NCBI GenBank assembly: GCA_964016885.1
Contig: OZ024764.1
Location: forward strand, 18,724,001 to 18,788,000
Source of the DNA: Eledone cirrhosa
Lineage: Eukaryota
Length of the DNA stretch: 64,000 nt
Direction: 5' to 3'
Shown: positions 55,995 to 64,000 of the stretch, piece by piece
Numbering within the stretch: the first letter of the stretch is position 1
Layout: each line of letters starts with the position of its first letter
The notes under the pieces: model-generated
The model's input: only the letters and a program-made list of their open reading frames with translations
Databases searched by the model: none
What the model was told of the DNA's origin: nothing
Made by a program: the position numbers and the translations under genes

Positions 55995-58900
55995 TCATGT
56001 AGGTGTCACAACAAAAATACCCAGTCCACACTGTAAAGTGGTCATGTAGGTGTCACAACAAAAAGTACCCAGTCCACACTGTAAAGTGGTCACGTAGGTG
56101 TCACAACAAAAAGTACCCAGTCCACCCTGTAAAGTGGTCATATAGGTGTCACAACAAAAAGTACCCAGTCCACCCTGTAAAGTGGTCATGTATGTGTCAC
56201 AACAAAAAGTACCCAGTCCACACTGTAAAGTGGTCATGTATGTGTCACAACAAAAAGTACCCAGTCCACACTTTAAAGTTGTCATGTAGGTGTCACAACA
56301 AAAAGTACCCAGTCCACACTGTAATGTGGTCATGCAGATTTCACACCAAAAAGTACCCAGTCCACACTGTAATGTGGTCATATAGGTGTCACAACAAAAA
56401 GTACCCAGTCCACACTGTAAAGTGGTCATGTAGGTGTCACAACAAAAAGTACCCAGTCCACACTGTCAAGTGGTCATGTAGGTGTCACAACAAAAAGTAC
56501 CTAGTCCACACTGTAAAGTGGTCATGTAGCTGTCACAACAAAAAGTACCCAGTCCACACTGTAATGTGGTCATGCAGGTTTCACAACAAAAACTACCCAG
56601 TCCACACTGTAATCTGGTCATATAGGTGTCACAACAAAAAGTACCCAGTCCACACTGTAAAGTGGTCATGTAGGTGTCACAACAAAAAGTACCCAGTCCA
56701 CACTGTAAAGTGGACATGTAGGTGTCATGACAAAAAGTACCCAGTCCACACTGTAAAGTGGTCATGTAGGTGTCACAACAAAAATTACACAGTCCACACT
56801 GTAAAGTGGTCATGTAGGTGTCACAACAAAAAGTACCCAGTCCACACTGTAAAGTGGTCATGTAGGTGTCACAACAAAAAGTACCCAGTCCACACTGTAA
56901 AGTGATCATGTAGGTGTCACAACAAAATATACCCAGTCCACACTGTAAAGTGGTCATGTAGGTGTCACAACAAAAAGTACCCAGTCCACACTGTAAAGTG
57001 GTCATGTAGGTGTCACAACAAAAAGTACCCAGTCCACACTGTAAAGTGGTCATGTAGGTGTCATGACAAAAAGTACCCAGTCCACACTGTAAAGTGGTCA
57101 TGTAGGTGTCACAACAAAAAGTACACAGTCCACACTGTAAAGTGGTTATGTAGGTGTCACAACAAAAAGTACCCAGTCCACACTGTAAAGTGGTCATGTA
57201 GGTGTCACAACAAAAAGTACCCAGTCCACACTGTAAAGTGATCATGTAGGTGTCACAACAAAATGTACCCAGTCCACACTGTAAAGTGGTCATGTAGGTG
57301 TCACAACAAAAAGTACCCAGTCCACACTGTAAAGTGGTCATGTAGGTGTCACAACAAAAAGTACCCAGTCCACCCTGTAAAGTGGTCATATAGGTGTCAC
57401 AACAAAAAGTACCCAGTCCACCCTGAAAATGGGTATTGTTTGTGTCACAACAAAAAGTACCCAGTCCACACTGTAAAGTGGTCATGTATGTGTCACAACA
57501 AAAATTACCCAATCCACACTTTAAAGTGGTCATGTAGGTGTCACAACAAAAAGTACCCAATCCACACTGTAAAGAGGTCATGTTGGTGTCACAACAAAAA
57601 GTACCCAGTCCACACTGTAAAGTGGTCATGTAGGTGTCACAACAAAAAGTACCCAGTCCACACTGTAAAGTGGTCATGTAGGTGTCACAACAAAAAGTAC
57701 CCAGTCCACACTGTAAAGTGGTCATGTAGGTGTCACAACAAAAAGTACCCAGTCCACACTGTAAGGTGGTCATGTAGGTGTCACAACAAAATATACCCAG
57801 TCCACACTGTAAAGTGGTCATGTAGGTGTCACAACAAAAAGTACCCAGTCCACCCTGTAAAGTGGTCATATATGTGTCACAACAAAAAGTACCCAGTCCA
57901 CCCTGTAAAGTGGTCATGTATGTGTCACAACAAAAAGTACCCAGTCCACACTGTAAAGTGGTCATGTAGGTGTCACAACAAAAAGTACCCAGTCCACACT
58001 GTAAAGTGGTCATGTAGGTGTAACAACAAAATATACCCAGTCCACACTGTAAAGTGGTCATGTATGTGTCACAACAAAAAGTACCCAGTCCACACTGTAA
58101 AGTGGTCATGTAGGGGTCACAACAAAAAGTACCCAGTCCACACTGTAAAGTGGTCATGTAGGTGTCACAACAAAAAGTACCCAGTCCACACTGTAAAGTG
58201 GTCATGTAGGTGTCACAACAAAAAGTACCCAGTCCACACTGTAAAGTGGTCATGTAGGTGTAACAACAAAATATACCCAGTCCACACTGTAAAGTGGTCA
58301 TGTAGGTGTCACAACAAAAAGTACCCAGTCCACACTTTAAAGTGGTCATGTAGGTGTCACAACAAAAAGTACCCAGTCCGCACTGTAATGTGGTCATGCA
58401 GGTTTCACACCAAAAAGTACCCAGTCCACACTGTAATGTGGTCATATAGGTGTCACAACAAAAAGTACCCAGTCCACACTGTAAAGTGGACATGTAGGTT
58501 TCATGACAAAAAGTACCCAGTCCACACTGTAAAGTGGTCATGTAGGTGTCACAACAAAAAGTACCCAGTCCACACTGTAAAGTGGTCATGTAGGTGTCAC
58601 AACAAAAAGTACCCAGTCCACACTGTAAAGTGGTCACGTAGGTGTCACAACAAAAAGTACCCAGTCCACCCTGTAAAGTGGTCATATAGGTGTCACAACA
58701 AAAAGTACCCAGTCCACACTGTAAAGTGGTCATGTAGGTGTCACAACAAAAAGTACCCAGTCCACACTGTAAAGTGGACATGTAGGTGTCATGACAAAAA
58801 GTACCCAGTCCACACTGTAAAGTGGTCATGTAGGTGTCACAACAAAAATACCCAGTCCACACTGTAAAGTGGTCATGTAGGTGTCACAACAAAAAGTACC

Positions 58901-61900
58901 CAGTCCACACTGTAATGTGGTCATGCAGATTTCACACCAAAAAGTACCCAGTCCACACTGTAATGTGGTCATATAGGTGTCACAACAAAAAGTACCCAGT
59001 CCACACTGTAAAGTGGTCATGTAGGTGTCACAACAAAAAGTACCCAGTCCACACTGTCAAGTGGTCATGTAGGTGTCACAACAAAAAGTACCTAGTCCAC
59101 ACTGTAAAGTGGTCATGTAGCTGTCACAACAAAAAGTACCCAGTCCACACTGTAATGTGGTCATGCAGGTTTCACAACAAAAACTACCCAGTCCACACTG
59201 TAATCTGGTCATATAGGTGTCACAACAAAAAGTACCCAGTCCACACTGTAAAGTGGTCATGTAGGTGTCACAACAAAAAGTACCCAGTCCACACTGTAAA
59301 GTGGACATGTAGGTGTCATGACAAAAAGTACCCAGTCCACACTGTAAAGTGGTCATGTAGGTGTCACAACAAAAATTACACAGTCCACACTGTAAAGTGG
59401 TCATGTAGGTGTCACAACAAAAAGTACCCAGTCCACACTGTAAAGTGGTCATGTAGGTGTCACAACAAAAAGTACCCAGTCCACACTGTAAAGTGATCAT
59501 GTAGGTGTCACAACAAAATATACCCAGTCCACACTGTAAAGTGGTCATGTAGGTGTCACAACAAAAAGTACCCAGTCCACACTGTAAAGTGGTCATGTAG
59601 GTGTCACAACAAAAAGTACCCAGTCCACACTGTAAAGTGGTCATGTAGGTGTCATGACAAAAAGTACCCAGTCCACACTGTAAAGTGGTCATGTAGGTGT
59701 CACAACAAAAAGTACACAGTCCACACTGTAAAGTGGTTATGTAGGTGTCACAACAAAAAGTACCCAGTCCACACTGTAAAGTGGTCATGTAGGTGTCACA
59801 ACAAAAAGTACCCAGTCCACACTGTAAAGTGATCATGTAGGTGTCACAACAAAATATACCCAGTCCACACTGTAAAGTAGTCATGTAGGTGTCACAACAA
59901 AAAGTACCCAGTCCACACTGTAAAGTGGTCATGTAGGTGTCACAACAAAAAGTACCCAGTCCACCCTGTAAAGTGGTCATATAGGTGTCACAACAAAAAG
60001 TACCCAGTCCACCCTGAAAATGGGTATTGTTTGTGTCACAACAAAAAGTACCCAGTCCACACTGTAAAGTGGTCATGTATGTGTCACAACAAAAATTACC
60101 CAATCCACACTTTAAAGTGGTCATGTAGGTGTCACAACAAAAAGTACCCAATCCACACTGTAAAGAGGTCATGTTGGTGTCACAACAAAAAGTACCCAGT
60201 CCACACTGTAAAGTGGTCATGTAGGTGTCACAACAAAAAGTACCCAGTCCACACTGTAAAGTGGTCATGTAGGTGTCACAACAAAAAGTACCCAGTCCAC
60301 ACTGTAAAGTGGTCATGTAGGTGTCACAACAAAAAGTACCCAGTCCACACTGTAAGGTGGTCATGTAGGTGTCACAACAAAATATACCCAGTCCACACTG
60401 TAAAGTGGTCATGTAGGTGTCACAACAAAAAGTACCCAGTCCACCCTGTAAAGTGGTCATATATGTGTCACAACAAAAAGTACCCAGTCCACCCTGTAAA
60501 GTGGTCATGTATGTGTCACAACAAAAAGTACCCAGTCCACACTGTAAAGTGGTCATGTAGGTGTCACAACAAAAAGTACCCAGTCCACACTGTAAAGTGG
60601 TCATGTAGGTGTAACAACAAAATATACCCAGTCCACACTGTAAAGTGGTCATGTATGTGTCACAACAAAAAGTACCCAGTCCACACTGTAAAGTGGTCAT
60701 GTAGGGGTCACAACAAAAAGTACCCAGTCCACACTGTAAAGTGGTCATGTAGGTGTCACAACAAAAAGTACCCAGTCCACACTGTAAAGTGGTCATGTAG
60801 GTGTCACAACAAAAAGTACCCAGTCCACACTGTAAAGTGGTCATGTAGGTGTAACAACAAAATATACCCAGTCCACACTGTAAAGTGGTCATGTAGGTGT
60901 CACAACAAAAAGTACCCAGTCCACACTTTAAAGTGGTCATGTAGGTGTCACAACAAAAAGTACCCAGTCCACACTGTAATGTGGTCATGCAGGTTTCACA
61001 CCAAAAAGTACCCAGTCCACACTGTAATGTGGTCATATAGGTGTCACAACAAAAAGTACCCAGTCCACACTGTAAAGTGGACATGTAGGTTTCATGACAA
61101 AAAGTACCCAGTCCACACTGTAAAGTGGTCATGTAGGTGTCACAACAAAAAGTACCCAGTCCACACTGTAAAGTGGTCATGTAGGTGTCACAACAAAAAG
61201 TACCCAGTCCACCCTGTAAAGTGGTCATATATGTGTCACAACAAAAAGTACCCAGTCCACCCTGTAAAGTGGTCATGTATGTGTCACAACAAAAAGTACC
61301 CAGTCCACACTGTAAAGTGGTCATGTAGGTGTCACAACAAAAAGTACCCAGTCCACACTGTAAAGTGGTCAAGTAGGTGTCACAACAAAAAGTACCCAGT
61401 CCACACTGTAAAGTGGACATGTAGGTGTCATGACAAAAAGTACCCAGTCCACACTGTAAAGTGGTCATGTAGGTGTCACAACAAAAATACCCAGTCCACA
61501 CTGTAAAGTGGTCATGTAGGTGTCACAACAAAAAGTACCCAGTCCACACTGTAAAGTGGTCACGTAGGTGTCACAACAAAAAGTACCCAGTCCACCCTGT
61601 AAAGTGGTCATATAGGTGTCACAACAAAAAGTACCCAGTCCACCCTGTAAAGTGGTCATGTATGTGTCACAACAAAAAGTACCCAGTCCACACTGTAAAG
61701 TGGTCATGTATGTGTCACAACAAAAAGTACCCAGTCCACACTTTAAAGTTGTCATGTAGGTGTCACAACAAAAAGTACCCAGTCCACACTGTAATGTGGT
61801 CATGCAGATTTCACACCAAAAAGTACCCAGTCAACACTGTAATGTGGTCATATAGGTGTCACAACAAAAAGTACCCAGTCCACACTGTAAAGTGGTCATG

Positions 61901-64000
61901 TAGGTGTCACAACAAAAAGTACCCAGTCCACACTGTCAAGTGGTCATGTAGGTGTCACAACAAAAAGTACCTAGTCCACACTGTAAAGTGGTCATGTAGC
62001 TGTCACAACAAAAAGTACCCAGTCCACACTGTAATGTGGTCATGCAGGTTTCACAACAAAAACTACCCAGTCCACACTGTAATCTGGTCATATAGGTGTC
62101 ACAACAAAAAGTACCCAGTCCACACTGTAAAGTGGTCATGTAGGTGTCACAACAAAAAGTACCCAGTCCACACTGTAAAGTGGACATGTAGGTGTCATGA
62201 CAAAAAGTACCCAGTCCACACTGTAAAGTGGTCATGTAGGTGTCACAACAAAAAGTACACAGTCCACACTGTAAAGTGGTCATGTAGGTGTCACAACAAA
62301 AAGTACCCAGTCCACACTGTAAAGTGGTCATGTAGGTGTCACAACAAAAAGTACCCAGTCCACACTGTAAAGTGATCATGTAGGTGTCACAACAAAATAT
62401 ACCCAGTCCACACTGTAAAGTGGTCATGTAGGTGTCACAACAAAAAGTACCCAGTCCACACTGTAAAGTGGTCATGTAGGTGTCACAACAAAAAGTACCC
62501 AGTCCACACTGTAAAGTGGTCATGTAGGTGTCATGACAAAAAGTACCCAGTCCACACTGTAAAGTGGTCATGTAGGTGTCACAACAAAAAGTACACAGTC
62601 CACACTGTAAAGTGGTCATGTAGGTGTCACAACAAAAAGTACCCAGTCCACACTGTAAAGTGGTCATGTAGGTGTCACAACAAAAAGTACCCAGTCCACA
62701 CTGTAAAGTGATCATGTAGGTGTCACAACAAAATATACCCAGTCCACACTGTAAAGTGGTCATGTAGGTGTCACAACAAAAAGTACCCAGTCCACACTGT
62801 AAAGTGGTCATGTAGGTGTCACAACAAAAAGTACCCAGTCCACCCTGTAAAGTGGTCATATAGGTGTCACAACAAAAAGTACCCAGTCCACCCTGAAAAT
62901 GGGTATTGTTTGTGTCACAACAAAAAGTACCCAGTCCACACTGTAAAGTGGTCATGTATGTGTCACAACAAAAATTACCCAATCCACACTTTAAAGTGGT
63001 CATGTAGGTGTCACAACAAAAAGTACCCAATCCACACTGTAAAGAGGTCATGTTGGTGTCACAACAAAAAGTACCCAGTCCACACTGTAAAGTGGTCATG
63101 TAGGTGTCACAACAAAAAGTACCCAGTCCACACTGTAAAGTGGTAATGTAGGTGTCACAACAAAAAGTACCCAGTCCACACTGTAAAGTGGTCATGTAGG
63201 TGTCACAACAAAAAGTACCCAGTCCGCACTGTAAGGTGGTCATGTAGGTGTCACAACAAAATATACCCAGTCCACACTGTAAAGTGGTCATGTAGGTGTC
63301 ACAACAAAAAGTACCCAGTCCACACTGTAAAGTGGTCATGTAGGTGTCACAACAAAAAGTACCCAATCCACACTGTAAAGTGGTCATGTAGGTGTCACAA
63401 CAAAAAGTACCCAGTCCACCCTGTAAAGTGGTCATATATGTGTCACAACAAAAAGTACCCAGTCCACCCTGTAAAGTGGTCATGTATGTGTCACAACAAA
63501 AAGTACCCAGTCCACACTGTAAAGTGGTCATGTAGGTGTCACAACAAAAAGTACCCAGTCCACACTGTAAAGTGGTCATGTAGGTGTAACAACAAAATAT
63601 ACCCAGTCCACACTGTAAAGTGGTCATGTATGTGTCACAACAAAAAGTACCCAGTCCACACTGTAAAGTGGTCATGTAGGGGTCACAACAAAAAGTACCC
63701 AGTCCACACTGTAAAGTGGTCATGTAGGTGTCACAACAAAAAGTACCCAGTCCACACTGTAAAGTGGTCATGTAGGTGTCACAACAAAAAGTACCCAGTC
63801 CACACTGTAAAGTGGTCATGTAGGTGTAACAACAAAATATACCCAGTCCACACTGTAAAGTGGTCATGTAGGTGTCACAACAAAAAGTACCCAGTCCACA
63901 CTTTAAAGTGGTCATGTAGGTGTCACAACAAAAAGTACCCAGTCCACACTGTAATGTGGTCATGCAGGTTTCACACCAAAAAGTACCCAGTCCACACTGT
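55995..64000. repeat. Variable 54-60-mer higher-order repeat (~2.6-2.9 kb), about 3 copies
   Basis: Landmarks 55995/58826/61465 (2,831 and 2,639 apart) and 56466/59057/61936 (2,591 and 2,879 apart) are each n x 48 minus 1. The layer-specific variant AAAAACTACC occurs at ~56590, ~59180 and ~62060. Internal 5-mer (58021/58261) and 7-mer (56905/57241) duplications are present. Confidence 0.85.

Larger units (their letters stand above)
1..64000. repeat. 48-bp tandem satellite array, ~1,330 head-to-tail monomers, open at both window ends
   Basis: Seen directly: CACTGTAAAGTGGTCATGTAGGTGTCACAACAAAAAGTACCCAGTCCA recurs every 48 bp from base 1 to 64000 in one orientation. Most monomers differ from consensus by 0-4 substitutions, with occasional 47- or 46-bp deletion monomers. 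The ORF track shows the matching 16-aa period. Copy number is 64000/48. Confidence 0.99.

Noticed and set aside
1-64000. CRISPR array
   Set aside because: Repeats are directly adjacent with no unique spacers, no leader and no cas genes.
1-64000. Human 48-bp CER/D22Z3 satellite, DRD4 48-bp VNTR or telomeric repeat
   Set aside because: Only the period is shared. The sequence does not resemble these as I recall them (the DRD4 VNTR is GC-rich with few copies), and there are no telomeric G-run units. A database search would be needed for a formal exclusion.
1-64000. Functional Ig/TCR locus or antigenic-variation/DGR cassette system
   Set aside because: Only 8 bp separate successive RSS-like motifs. 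There are no gene segments, recombinase or reverse transcriptase, and variants are inherited in blocks by duplication rather than showing targeted hypervariability.

Overview
The whole 64 kb window is one uninterrupted, single-orientation, head-to-tail satellite array of a 48-bp monomer, about 1,330 copies. The + strand consensus is CACTGTAAAGTGGTCATGTAGGTGTCACAACAAAAAGTACCCAGTCCA (21/48 G+C, no CpG). I see no unique sequence, genes, RNA genes, transposon insertions, inversions or CRISPR spacers. The ORF track is explained by the monomer being 3n long and stop-free in two of six frames. Recurrent monomer variants work as a barcode that reveals nested higher-order structure: 5/7/8/13-mer local duplications, a ~91-mer (4,366-4,367 bp) higher-order repeat, 51-mer (2,444 bp) and 92-mer (4,413 bp) tandem duplications, and a ~25-27 kb segmental tandem duplication. 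Three junctions can be placed to within about 15-30 bp. After ~51.2 kb the array switches to a different, more heterogeneous layer. The most curious feature of the monomer is its resemblance to a V(D)J 23-RSS (CAC-heptamer, 22/24-nt spacer, ACAAAAAGT); three copies carry the perfect CACAGTG heptamer, but any function is speculative. The sequence is most likely eukaryotic heterochromatic or (peri)centromeric satellite. I cannot name the organism or the satellite family from the sequence alone.
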